A stretch of 61,159 nt of DNA, from the NCBI GenBank assembly GCA_002245135.1, contig NGBS01001176.1, positions 62,001-123,159 on the forward strand. The letters run 5' to 3'. Below the pieces are notes generated by a model. The model saw only the letters and a program-made list of their open reading frames with translations, ran no database searches and was not told the DNA's origin. The position numbers and the translations under genes are program-made. Below are positions 48,510-60,621 of the stretch, in pieces (within the stretch, counting starts at the first letter, position 1; each line of letters starts with the position of its first letter). Source of the stretch: Proteromonas lacertae. Taxonomy: Eukaryota.

Positions 48510-51188
48510 ATGCAACCACAACCACAAGTTAACAATTCAAATGATGAAGAAGATGAACCAACAGATGATGATTATGAATATGAAGAAGATGAAGATAATG
48601 TACCTATTGATATGAACAGAATAAGACATAGAAGAAGACATAGAAGGAATCAAGTCATACCATTTCAAGATATAAGCGAAGATGATTTGAATAACTATGT
48701 GAATCAAGAAGTGAAAAGATTTAACAAAGCATTGATTATGCAATATAGACTAATTCCTATAGGATGGCCAAATCATGAATTTAATAGAATATATAATTTA
48801 TATGATGAACATATGAAAATGTTTAATTGGTGTAAGAATTTATTTGTAACAGGTCCTTTTGCACATGGTAAACCATTAGAAGCTTATAATCCAAAATTAG
48901 CAGGAAATGCAAATTCTGCTAATGCAAGAGAATGTGGAATATTTAAAACTCGTATAGCAGATGGTATTGATAAATTGTGTATGGCATCTGATTTTATATT
49001 ACAAAGAAATCCATTTGTTGTTTTACACCCAAAAGAGAGAATAGGTGTTACACAGCTTGAAAATAGAAGAATTAAAAAAACACATTATGAAATTGATGAA
49101 AGACATCCAGAACCAGAAAATGATTTTAACATAATGAATAATGAACATTATAATAGTGCAGCTGAAATAAGAGCGGAAAATGTTATGCAAAATAGACATA
49201 ATAATATGGTAAGAGGAGTATTAGTAAATGCAGACAATGGAAGTAATGATAATAACAATAATAACAACAATGGAAATAATAACAATGATAATAATGAAAA
49301 TAATAACAATGCAAATTATGATATAATTAGCTTTTGCGATTCTCTGAAAGATAAGATAAAGTTCTACATAGGTCGTTTAATGAGAACTAAATTTTGGTAT
49401 TTAACAAATCAAAAAGAAGAAACAGCTTATTCAATTGCATTAATCATATACAACTGTGTAACTGATTTGTATATAGTAGCTTTATATTATATACCAATAT
49501 TAAAAGATAAGTTAAGTGGTAATTATCAAAATGATAATGAATATACTTTACCATATCATTCTGATAGAAGAAATTTTATGGGATTACCAGATGGTGATAA
49601 TAGAACTGGATATAGATATAACTATTTAGCAACTATACAAAAAATATTATCAGAAGCGCATGTACCACAAGGACAAATCAATACAAATATATTTGCTAAT
49701 CCTATAACTTTTAGAATGAATAGAGCTTTAGATACACAACTTAACCGTCAAATTAAACATAGAAGATCAGTTCCAGCTTATGTTGGAATGAATGTTGCAG
49801 ATCATAGAAATTGGCGATATGTTGCACCAGCTAATTATCCTCCTGCTCATCCATCAATTACTGCAGATTTGATTGATAGAAATGTCAATGCATTTTATAA
49901 TGCATCACCTGCAAATAGTGATAGTGAAGATAATGATAATAATCCATCAAGTAGTGATGCTGAAGAAGATTCAGACACTTATGATCTTGGTGATATGAGT
50001 AATCAAATACCACCTCCTCCTTTACCACCAAGACCTATACCAGCAAGAACTGATCAACAACAACCACCTCCACCTCCTCCTGTATCAAATGTATCTAGAT
50101 CTAATGTAATTAGTTTAAGTAATCAATTTAATCCTCATTATCTTATACCATCTGATAGATTTTCATTTTTAGTACCAGATGATTTGCTTAATGCTATACC
50201 AAATCCAAATAGAGACTTTAATAAATCTCATAGATTTTTATCTAATAGAGAAAATGGAGCAAAAATAGGTGTAACTAAGATAATACAAGAGTTTTATACA
50301 CAATTGTTAACAAATAATGGTAAAATCTATTCAATTGATGCATTTATACATAACCATAATCCACCTTGTACAATTGTAGATGAAAATTCAAATAAGAGTT
50401 ATATGTTCTTTACTGATTGGGTTAGAGAAGAAAACATCAATTTACCTTTATTACCTAGATCTAAATATAATGCAACTGAAGTAAATGATATACCTCAAAA
50501 TTACAGCAGTATCAATATGATGTTTTATGGATATGATTACAATAGAAATATATATTCATATACTGGTTTATTAGAATATTGGTTAAAGAATCATCGAGGA
50601 ACACCATTTAATGAAAGACAAGCTAAACAGGAAATATATATATATAATCCATGTATCAATATTCTATCAGATGATGAAGAGGAAAATAAAAACATAAAAG
50701 TATTAATAGGTATGGATTATGATAAAAATTGGCCTAACGATAAAAAAATCAAATGTAAACAAATCAAAGTAATAGTATCTCAAGAAAGTGATAGATCATG
50801 GTATGTAATAAGTGATCCAATGTTTGATTATATGTCATGTGATATACCAGGTGATGGAATTCACAAATTCTATAACTATCCATTCTTTGTTAAGATAGGA
50901 GATACAGTAGAATTGATAGTACCAGTATTTTTGAAAGATAATATTTATGTATTAAAAGATGCTAGATTAGATGATAAAGATGAAAATAATTATTTAAAAA
51001 TTGATGATTATATGAGAAATGCAAATCGAGATAGTATTAATCAAAGAGCTATTGATGATAGAGAAACAGCTAAGCGTAGAATACAAGGTTTAGGTAAAAA
51101 GCGTAGAAGAAAAACACAATCATTAATGAAATTGTATACCAAATTGTTTACACACAATAATAAAAGAAAAAGAATAAAAATTATATAG
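48510..51188 (+). CDS. Large viral orphan protein (acidic, Asn- and Pro-rich tracts; basic C-terminus)
   Basis: Intact 892-aa ORF; ends IQGLGKKRRRK... Confidence 0.7.
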   Translation: MQPQPQVNNSNDEEDEPTDDDYEYEEDEDNVPIDMNRIRHRRRHRRNQVIPFQDISEDDLNNYVNQEVKRFNKALIMQYRLIPIGWPNHEFNRIYNLYDEHMKMFNWCKNLFVTGPFAHGKPLEAYNPKLAGNANSANARECGIFKTRIADGIDKLCMASDFILQRNPFVVLHPKERIGVTQLENRRIKKTHYEIDERHPEPENDFNIMNNEHYNSAAEIRAENVMQNRHNNMVRGVLVNADNGSNDNNNNNNNGNNNNDNNENNNNANYDIISFCDSLKDKIKFYIGRLMRTKFWYLTNQKEETAYSIALIIYNCVTDLYIVALYYIPILKDKLSGNYQNDNEYTLPYHSDRRNFMGLPDGDNRTGYRYNYLATIQKILSEAHVPQGQINTNIFANPITFRMNRALDTQLNRQIKHRRSVPAYVGMNVADHRNWRYVAPANYPPAHPSITADLIDRNVNAFYNASPANSDSEDNDNNPSSSDAEEDSDTYDLGDMSNQIPPPPLPPRPIPARTDQQQPPPPPPVSNVSRSNVISLSNQFNPHYLIPSDRFSFLVPDDLLNAIPNPNRDFNKSHRFLSNRENGAKIGVTKIIQEFYTQLLTNNGKIYSIDAFIHNHNPPCTIVDENSNKSYMFFTDWVREENINLPLLPRSKYNATEVNDIPQNYSSINMMFYGYDYNRNIYSYTGLLEYWLKNHRGTPFNERQAKQEIYIYNPCINILSDDEEENKNIKVLIGMDYDKNWPNDKKIKCKQIKVIVSQESDRSWYVISDPMFDYMSCDIPGDGIHKFYNYPFFVKIGDTVELIVPVFLKDNIYVLKDARLDDKDENNYLKIDDYMRNANRDSINQRAIDDRETAKRRIQGLGKKRRRKTQSLMKLYTKLFTHNNKRKRIKII

Positions 51189-51741
51189 TTTTAAATTTTG
51201 ATTCTAACAATTTTGCTCTTTTTTCTCCTTTTAATGAATTAAAATTTGTTGCTTGCACAAACGATTTGTTATTTACTATGATATCAACTAAAAACAAAAT
51301 TGCATGATAACCACATCTTACACTATCAACTCTTTGATTTTTAACTCTATTTATTTTAATCTTATATTCATCATTAGGATATTTTTTTAATTTTGTTAAA
51401 TCTTTATAAAACTTTGTTATTTGTTTTGGTTTATCTCCAAAACTATTATAGTACATTATCCTCCTAGTATTATTATTAACACATAAACTAACCCAATGAC
51501 CTATTTTACTTACAGGATCTTTAGTTGTATTAGTACAAAGTATTACACACCAAACATCATTATTTTTATATAGCTGACCTATTTTGCTAAGTTCATCCCA
51601 TAGTATAACACCTTTAAAATATTTTAGTAGTCTAGGAAACATTTTTTTAATGATCTTTTCAATATCAAAATTTGAGAGTGCATCTTCTTTATGTAAATCA
51701 CCTGTACCTATATAGTCATTTGTGATATATCTTTTAAACAT
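51181..51741 (-). CDS. Adenain/Ulp1-like maturation cysteine protease 2
   Basis: LSNFDIE, IGHWVSL, YYNSFG, KNQ...RCGYHA; His/Gln/Cys present. Confidence 0.85.
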   Translation of the reverse strand: MFKRYITNDYIGTGDLHKEDALSNFDIEKIIKKMFPRLLKYFKGVILWDELSKIGQLYKNNDVWCVILCTNTTKDPVSKIGHWVSLCVNNNTRRIMYYNSFGDKPKQITKFYKDLTKLKKYPNDEYKIKINRVKNQRVDSVRCGYHAILFLVDIIVNNKSFVQATNFNSLKGEKRAKLLESKFKTI

Positions 51742-51758
51742 TATATAATTAATAACTA

Positions 51759-51798
51759 TAAGAATTTATTGAATATCAATTCATTTGATAAATTCTTA
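51759..51798. promoter_or_regulatory. Divergent putative viral promoter: inverted ATAAATTCTTA motifs
   Basis: taagaatttat (51759-51769) and ataaattctta (51788-51798) between divergent genes; 20-mer 51779-51798 repeated exactly at 52522-52541. Confidence 0.55.
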
Positions 51799-51838
51799 AC
51801 GTTTTTTAATATATATATATTTTTATGTTATTTAATTA

Positions 51839-52480
51839 ATGGGTAAGTTTAAAGATTGGTTAAAAAAATCTAAAATTCTATCTAGCGCAGCTAGTTTAAT
51901 ACCTTTTGCTGGACCAGCTATTAGTAACAGTATAGAGAATATGGGATATGGTAAGAGAAGACGTAGAGGTAGGGTTGCAAGACATAGAGTTACTAGAATG
52001 TCACAATTTACACCTGATGGTAGATTCTTAGGTGATACTTCATCTATGACTGGTGGTGGAACTGTTAAGTTTAGGACAAAATCTGGTAAAGTTGTTTCAT
52101 TTCATACTAGAAAACGGAAGGGAGCTGGTTTAGGTAGTATGTTTAAGAAAGGATGGAATACAATAAGAAAAATAGCTACAAAAGACAATCTTATAAGAGG
52201 TATTGAGAAAGCTAAAGAGATAAATAACACTTTAAAAGATAAGAAATATATTAGTAATATATCAGGTAAGGTAGGTGACATTGCAACAAAAATAGGTTTT
52301 AATAAAGTTGGTGACATAGTAAATATAGTTATGGAAAACGTAGAAGACATAGGGGCGGTAAAAGATTTGGACAAAATGGCGGACTTAGATTACCAATGAA
52401 TGGTGGTAGTAAAATACGTAGTATGGCTATTACTAAACCTCCTAGTAATAGGCCTATTTTAAATGGATTAAACCTTGTAA
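51839..52480 (+). CDS. Arg/Lys/Gly-rich putative core protein precursor; frameshift ~52325; end uncertain
   Basis: MGYGKRRRRG, MTGGG, KGAGLG; shifted frame continues YGKRRRHRGG...MNGGS. Confidence 0.6.
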
Positions 52481-52571
52481 TATTACAAGTTAACAACATA
52501 AACTTTGTTATTGATTTTATTATTCATTTGATAAATTCTTATTGTTTTTTTATATATTTAATAATAACATA

Positions 52572-53033
52572 ATGTATAACAAGCGTTATAGTAGATACAC
52601 TAGAGATTACTATGAAGATGATAGTGATTCATCTTCTGATGATGATTATTCATATGACACTCCACTAGCTAGAGATATGAGTAAAACCGATAGACAGATT
52701 GCAGAATTGTTATATAATTTAAATCATAGTAATGATAGAGCTACTCCATCATCTAATTCTAAATTAAGTGAAGAGACAAGAAAGAAAAGAGCTGAAAATC
52801 TAGCCAAAGCAAGGGAAGCAAGAATGAATAAGTTAAAAAACAAACAAGATACAAGTAATATATATTTAGAGCAACAACAACAACAACAAACACAAAAATC
52901 AAAATCAATTAGGTTACCAGGTGATAGTGATCCATTTGCACAAACAAAACAAAGTAATGGTAGTGGTTTAAAAATACCACCACCTAATGCACCTATGCCT
53001 GGTGACAATGCTGTGATGCCAGTTTATTTTTAA
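52572..53033 (+). CDS. Hypothetical viral protein (acidic then basic helix)
   Basis: ATG 52572 preceded by shared promoter motif; RKKRAENLAKAREAR helix. Confidence 0.55.
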   Translation: MYNKRYSRYTRDYYEDDSDSSSDDDYSYDTPLARDMSKTDRQIAELLYNLNHSNDRATPSSNSKLSEETRKKRAENLAKAREARMNKLKNKQDTSNIYLEQQQQQQTQKSKSIRLPGDSDPFAQTKQSNGSGLKIPPPNAPMPGDNAVMPVYF

Positions 53034-53086
53034 TTAAAAATTTTATTCATTAAATTCTTTATATATTTTTAATATATTTTGTTACT

Positions 53087-56000
53087 ATGTCAAAACCAAA
53101 ATATAAAAAGAACATAAAAAATGTTTTAACTAAACAGTTATTGAAACGTATTAAAAGAAGAGCTAAAGTAAATCGTTTTAACAAAGCTTTAAAAAAGAAA
53201 ATAAGCAAATCAGTAGGTGTTAGAGTTGATGAAGAAAGTGTTATGCGAAATAAAATGAGAGAAGCAGCTTATAGTAGTTTCAATATGGATCAAGTAGCAA
53301 CGCAAAATGATTTGAAAATGCTTCCAATTTTGTTAGCAGATAAATCATTATCCAAAGAAAAGAAGTTAGCATTACAAAGTTATTATGATGCATTAAAAAC
53401 TGGTCAAATTACAGCTAAAAACAGAGATGCATTTTTTGGTCCAGTTCAATCTGCACTATTAAAATCATTACCTTATGATAGTTATAAAAGTGTGAATGAT
53501 AATTTAGCTTATATCAAAAACGTTATGCCTGCTTTGCCTGGAGGAGGAGGTAGTTTGAATGGTGATTTAGCAGTAGCTATTGCAAATGAATTAGCTAAAC
53601 GGAGGCATCTCTAATCCATATGTTAGCTCTAAGATAGGATCTGCACCACCTCCTCCACCTGGTCCAGGAAGCTATATACCACCTCCTCCTCCTAGTAGTA
53701 AATCTGGTAGTAGTGGTGGTACATCAATATTACCGGGATCATCACTTCCTCCACCTTCACCTTCACCTCCGCCTCCACCTCCTCCTGCTCCATCAGCACC
53801 ACCTGCTCCATCAGGACCACCTGCTCCAACAGGTCCATCTTCTGAAGAAATTAAATTACAGAAAAAACTAGATGTTGTAACAAAAGAGGCTGATAAATAT
53901 AGAAATATGATAACTAATATATTAAAAGAAAAAGATGAAGCATTAGCTGCTTATAATAAATAAATTTAAAGCAGATACAGCAGCAGAAATAAAAAAGTTT
54001 AATAAAGAACATGCAGATGATAAAGCAGCACAACAACAGAATTATGATAATATGGTTAAATTAAAAGCAGATGAAGCTGAAAGAATAAAAAATGAATTGA
54101 ATCAAGCTAAATTAAAGTATGATGATGCAAGTAAAAAATTGAATGCTTATGAAAAAGCAGAATTATCATTACAAAGCAAAATGAATAATTTACTAAGTAG
54201 AGTAAATGATTTAAATGATCAAAATATGAAATTTCAAAGTGATATATCTAATTTAACTGCCAAAAATGATATTTATCAAAATCAAATAAATGATTTAGAT
54301 GTACAAAAAATGAAAGTGAATATATCTTCATATCAGTCAGAAATACAAGGTTTAAAAACTGCATTAACAGAAGCTAAAGGAAATGTACAAAAAAAGAAAC
54401 TTGAATATGATGATTTACTTAATGAATATAAAAAATATAAAAAGGATCATGATCCTACTGGTGGTCATCAACTAACTGTTAATGAAAGAAAACAATTAAA
54501 TGATTTAGAATTAGAATTAATAACTAAAAAAAGTGAATTAAACATAGCAGCACAAGAAAAAATAGCTTTGCAGAATAATTTAAAAACTCTAAGAAATGAA
54601 AGAGATAATTTAGTTACTGAAAATACTTCTTATAAGGATATGGTAGAACGTTTAAAACAACAAAAAGAAGAAATTAATAAATTATTTGAAAGTAACAAGA
54701 TTCAATTAAACAATAAAGAAAATATTCTTGAAGAATTTAAAAGTAAGCATAAATTATATGCTCAGAAATATAATGAAGAAAGTTATCAAGAATTAAAAAG
54801 TTTATATGAAAAACAAATTAGAGAATTAAAACAACAGAATGAAGAATTGAAAAATGCAAATAATCAAAATAAAAGAGAATTAAATTTAGCATTGAATAAT
54901 GCAGAAAATCTTAAGGCACAACATTTAGCAGAAATAAATAAAAAGAATGAAGAAATCAAAGGAATAAAAGAAGTAAAAGATCAAATAGAAAACGATTACA
55001 GATTATATAAAAAAGGAAATATAGCAGAAATAGAACAAAATAAAGCAATTTTAAATAATAGAATTAGTGAACTAGAAACATAAAAAGGAAAGATGCAATA
55101 AATTTTCAAGCATTGAATGAAAAATTAAGTATGAAAGAAACAGAGATATTAAAACTAAAAATGGATCATGATAGTGTAGAACAAGATTTGGCTAGTCTTC
55201 AACATAGTTATAATAGTGTTACAGAAGAATTACAAAATGCATTATTAAATCATGATACTGATACATCAAAATTAGAACAAATGCAAAGTTTAATTGAAAA
55301 ATCAATGGAAGAGCATAAACAAAAATTATCTGAACAAGAAATGATGTATAACGAAGTAATAGCAAAAAATAGAAAATTAAATGAAACAATAGCTGAAATC
55401 AATAATAAATATGAAAAAACAATAGCAGAAAAATTAAAAATGGTAGAAGCTGCTAACAATAACATGGCTAAAGTTGTTAAAGCTAAAGAACAAGAACATT
55501 CTAATAACATGAGTAAATTATTACAACAAATGGAAGAACAAAAAGCAGTATATGAAGCAAAATTAAAAGATACAATTAATAATGCTCACAAAGCATCTTA
55601 TAATGATTTAGGAGTTGTGCAATATCCTATGATGAATGATGTAATATACAATGAACCAACTTTAGATTTAACAATACCACAACCTGTAAATACAGATATA
55701 GTCAATCCAGAATTATTAACACATCCTCAAAACAATGTTCCTAGTAATGAAGAAGAAGAAAGCGAAGAGAATATATTTGATCCATTTAGAAAAGAAAATA
55801 TAGATGACAAGTTAAACAGAATAAATCAATATTTCCAAACTAAAAATATAGATGAAAGCAATGTAGATCCAATGACTTTAACTTATAATCAAGTAAGAAA
55901 GTTTATAGAAAAACGTAAACCAGGTCATAAAAACAAAAGAATGAATATAAGTCAAGATGAGCCAGTTAACGAAATGCAAATAAAAAGAAAACATAGATAT

Positions 56001-56354
56001 TTAGAAAATGAACCAGATCCTAAAAGATCAGTAACTGAAAATTATTATGAAATTGCTAAGAATTCATATAACGAAAAAAGTAATTATAGAATTGAACCAA
56101 AATATACTGATGAATATATCAATCCCAATGATATTACTTATAATCATGTTATGCCGCAAAAACCTCAAGAAAAAAAATATCAAACTATAGCGCCATTATT
56201 TGATACTAATAACTTCCCAGCATATGATATTACAGAAATGGATCCAGAAATTAATAGTGTGGCAAATAGTATTTTTGGCAATTTTCAAGAAGAAATTCCT
56301 TCATGGAATGGAATAGATGTTCCGCATTATCAACTAGAAGCATCATTAAAATAA
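53087..56354 (+). pseudogene. Giant Pro-rich + coiled-coil viral protein, split by frameshifts (~53600, ~53960, ~55080)
   Basis: Alternate frames bridge the three ORFs through a poly-Pro segment (53640-53840) and continuous heptad-like sequence. Confidence 0.6.
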
Positions 56355-56385
56355 AACAATCATAAAAATATATAAGTATTAATTA

Positions 56386-59300
56386 TTATTTTTTATATCC
56401 ATATGGCAATGTATTGTATTTATCAAAAAAATATCTTTTATCATCATAATAGGTTAAGCCAGTTTTGTTTTGTACTGTTGTATAAACATTATGATGTATT
56501 GATTTGATTTGACATACTTCATATTTTTGACTTTTACTAGCACCTTCAACAAAATCATTGTATATATCATAAGTTATTTTTCTAGAAACTTTCACATTAA
56601 TACCTTTACAACGATTGTCAGTATTAGTATTATTATCAGAATCATCATTCACTTTCTCCTTTTCGTATATATAGCACTTTGATTTTAATCCTATAAACTT
56701 TGTTATAACATATAGGATTTTATTATTCTTATCCTGTTCTTCAAATTTTAATCGATTTAGTGTACCTGAATGAACAGCTCTATGTATATCCAACTTATAA
56801 TTTTCTAAATAGGGATTTTTCAAATTACTTCCATCAATCCAATTATTAAAGATAGGATCCTCTAAGTCTTTAAAAATATCATTAGTTTCAACTGAGAAAA
56901 GTAAACTATCAGTATCAGTCATACATAGTGTTAGCTTATCAGAACCATATTTTTTATCCAATACATCATACCAATATTTTTGCATTTTGAGTTTAGATAG
57001 TGCTAAGATAACCATTCCAATTTGTATAGGTTTATTAATTTCATATAGCTTCTTATGAAAATGTGCAATTCTTAAATCACCTTCAATAATGATAAAGTCT
57101 TTAAACCATGGATCACTTGCAGCATTAATCATTTGATCTTCATTAGTAATTAAAGATATGTTACTTCTCTTTTCAACACGTTCCATAAATTTACCGTATA
57201 AACTATTCATTAATTTCTTTATATAGTCTGCAGTAGTATTTTGATTGTTTTCTTTAGCTTGGACTCTTTTTTGTACCATAGTATTAATATATTTACCCAT
57301 ATATAGACCTTCAGTAAATCTCATTATTCTGATACACTTTACCCACTTTATAGCCATGTTCAACTGCAAACTTCAAATTTTGGTAGTGTATTATATATTT
57401 TTCTTTAGGATACAAATCAGTTATTAATTTCTCAGTAGCATGGTAAGTACCTTCTTTCTTTATGTATAATACCAAGATTTTCAGCTCTTTCAGTTTGTAT
57501 ATCAGATAACCATTCTTTAGGTATTTTCTTCCTTTCAGGTAACAATGGGTATTCTTTAAACTTGTCTTGTAGCTCTATAGGTAACTCGATATCAACTTCT
57601 AATATATAACCAAAATCATTATTCTCCAATCTATCTTGATCCATTTCTTCATAATATGGCAAATCAAGTATACTTTCTAATGTAATAGAATTTGGATCAA
57701 TAAATTCAAAGTCATCTAAAGGCATTTTACAAGAAGCCATAACTGAAGGGTATAAAGAATTAGTAGTCTTGATATAATAAGAATTTACTAGGTAAAGTTT
57801 CATCATAATTTTTCATAAATTTGTTATTTGCATCTTCCTTACGCTTACCAATATATGATAATCCTCCGTATAAACCATTCAATATAAAATCATAGTATTC
57901 AGGTTCACAAAATAATTTAAGTTCCACATCAGATACATGCAAGAATAAATCAAGTGATAAACTGGGTAATGAAATATACCAACAAGGATCTATGTGAAAA
58001 GTATCAAATATATTATCTCTAAAATCATTAAATATAGACTGAAGAATATAAACATCAATTTTCAAGTAAAATAAATTGTATTCACGTATATTATCAAATC
58101 CAAATATTTGATTTACTTCCATAGCAAAATCAAATTCTTCAGGTTTAATAGTTTCATTATCATTCAATTTAGACTTAAAATCATCTATAGTAAGATCTTT
58201 GAAATTTTCTTCAAAAGCTTCAAGAGATGTCATATGTTCATATGGAAAATAATTCTTTTGAAGTAAGTATTTTTCAATAATTTCATCATCTAGGTAATGT
58301 CCATTATATTCTTTAAAATTCTCATAAATTGTTTTGAATTTTTCTTTCTTAGTATTATTTAATTCTGCTGTAATTTTTAGATCATTAGTTAAATTTGCTA
58401 GAGAACCTGCTAAGAATAAATAACTGTCAATAAACACCAAATTCTTGTATTGTATACACTTATAGTTTTCATCTGTATTAGGTATAATATTGAGTGGACT
58501 ATTAGTTATTGCAGCAAATTTGGCTAATTCCTTTACTATGAAATGCTGGTCATATTTCATAGCATTATGACCTATTATTGGTACTTTTAATTTTTTTATA
58601 TCAATATTTAGATTCTCATTACTACCAATTGAAGCAATATAATGACCTGTGAAATGATCATGGTGAAGTACCTTTACATGATCAATAGAATTAAATGGTT
58701 TACCACAAAAGTCACATTTTCTCTTTTTATTATGTATATCCTTAGCTATTTCATCTCCATCAAAAGGTTTAGGATTAGCTAGTCTGTAATTGTAAACTGT
58801 ACATATTTGATCGTATATATTTAATATATCCAATACAAAATCATTTTCAATATTATGATCCTCATTTTGTTTATATTTAATCACAGTAAAACTGTTTATA
58901 TCTGGTATTTTACTATCTACATAGATACAGTAGGAATAAAGCTTATGCCTAGCCATAATAGATTGCTCAGTTTTTGATAATTCTATTCTAGTATCATTAT
59001 TATCTATTTCTTCCATAGATTTATATCTACTTAAATTCAATTCATTATCATATGGTACAAAATAAGTTTCAGTATCATAATACATAACAACTGGTAATGT
59101 TTGGAGGTGAGTCCAATGTCTAAATTTTAAGTATGATTTTTCTTTATCATCTTTATCAGGGAATAATCTTAATACATTCTCTTTATCTTGACAGTCATAT
59201 ATTTGGTGACTATTAAAGGATCCATCATCGTAAGTATAGAAGAGACAATATGGACACACAAATATATTATTAGTATTATTCTTTTTATCTATCATTTTTC

Positions 59301-60400
59301 TAAATAGAGCAGGTAAGGTATTTATTGTTACATAGTGTGAATTTCCATCTTCATTTTTTATTAGCAATAGATTTACAACACTATATTTTTTAGATTTCTT
59401 TTGTTTAGATAAATGAATGGGTAAGAATATTTCTTCTTTATCTTTAGCAATATCAATATAAAATATATTCACATTTAGTCGATTCTTTGTTTCAAATTTA
59501 TCAATAGAATTCATTGTCTGTAGCATCAACAGGGAATGTTAACATACTCCAATCATGTTTCTTTTCATACATTTTGTATTTTTCAGGTTTATCTTTATTA
59601 CATTGTAGATTATTAGAATATAATGAACATAGTACACTCCACTTAAAACATTCATTATCTTCATTTATTACATTTGTCAAACATCTAAGACCTTGAAGTT
59701 TAGCAGGTAAAACAATAAAACTACTTCCACGTATCACTTTAAATTTTGTTACATATAATTCAATAGTATTTACTCTAGCAAAAGTAAGACCACTTTGAGG
59801 ATGATTTGAATCATCTTCTGATATTTGTGTAAATATATTCTCCAGTATAGTTTGTATTTCACCTACAGTAGACATTTTTGTTATTTCACATAGTCTACTA
59901 CGACTAAATATAGAAACTTCATCATCACTGTCAGTAGACTCATCAGGTATATAAATTGAACGTACAATAAAGAAGAATTTAATCATATTCATAGTATCAG
60001 CTAGTTCATGTAATATATCTTTGATATCACTATTATTAACAAAATCATGATAACATTGTTGTGGTGTACTGTAATTTCTATTGTTATAATTGAAAACCCA
60101 TTTCCTGGTAACACCTTGAGATGATTTATCAACTTCTCTAGCATCACGTATTCTATCATTAAATCTTTGATTTTGGTTAGGTTTTGGTAGGGAAGAAGGC
60201 ATTAATCCACCAAAGAATGTATCACTGATTATTGGTATATCATTATTGTATCTTTTTTATTTTGAATAGCATCTGTACTAAATAATGGCGCTAATCTTCG
60301 TTTTGGAGCTTCTTCTGGTGGTGCAGGTGGAGGTGGTGGTGGTGTTCATCTGTATGTTTATGTTTATGATGATGGTGATGCTTATGTTTATGATGTTTAT
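56386..60400 (-). pseudogene. Protein-primed family B DNA polymerase 2 (multiple frameshifts)
   Basis: YYDTET, HNAMKYD, YLKID, DY/NSLYPS, KKLMNSLYGK, MTDTDS, KSKCY; N-terminal PPPPPAPPEEAPKRRL in shifted frame. Confidence 0.92.
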
Positions 60401-60508
60401 TTATATTAAAAGTTTGTTCTATAAGCTTAAAAATGCTTTTAAAAGCTTTTTATGTTTGCTCATTATATAGACAGAATTCGCGAAATAAATCAAAAATGGA
60501 AATATGAA

Positions 60509-60538
60509 ATTTGATTGGTCGGATGATTTGATTGGTCG
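60509..60538. promoter_or_regulatory. Tandem inverted CCAAT-box-like motifs in divergent promoter
   Basis: atttgattggtcg at 60509-60521 and 60526-60538 between pPolB2 and the 60622 ORF. Confidence 0.45.
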
Positions 60539-60621
60539 ACTTTAAAAATAAAAAGAAATTTTCATTTTCATTTTTCTCAGATTTTTAAGTCATTTTTATT
60601 TTCATCTCTCCCTTATATAAA

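Noticed and set aside
3554..57427. Many short antisense/overlapping ORFs (e.g. 3554, 6992, 7236, 23652, 30955, 46326, 52102, 55250, 57245)
   Set aside because: Shadows of motif-supported genes in AT-rich DNA
38114..60400. Alternative genetic code or programmed frameshifting explaining split viral ORFs
   Set aside because: Breaks are frameshifts/deletions at different positions in paralogs, not in-frame stops; host genes read cleanly in the standard code
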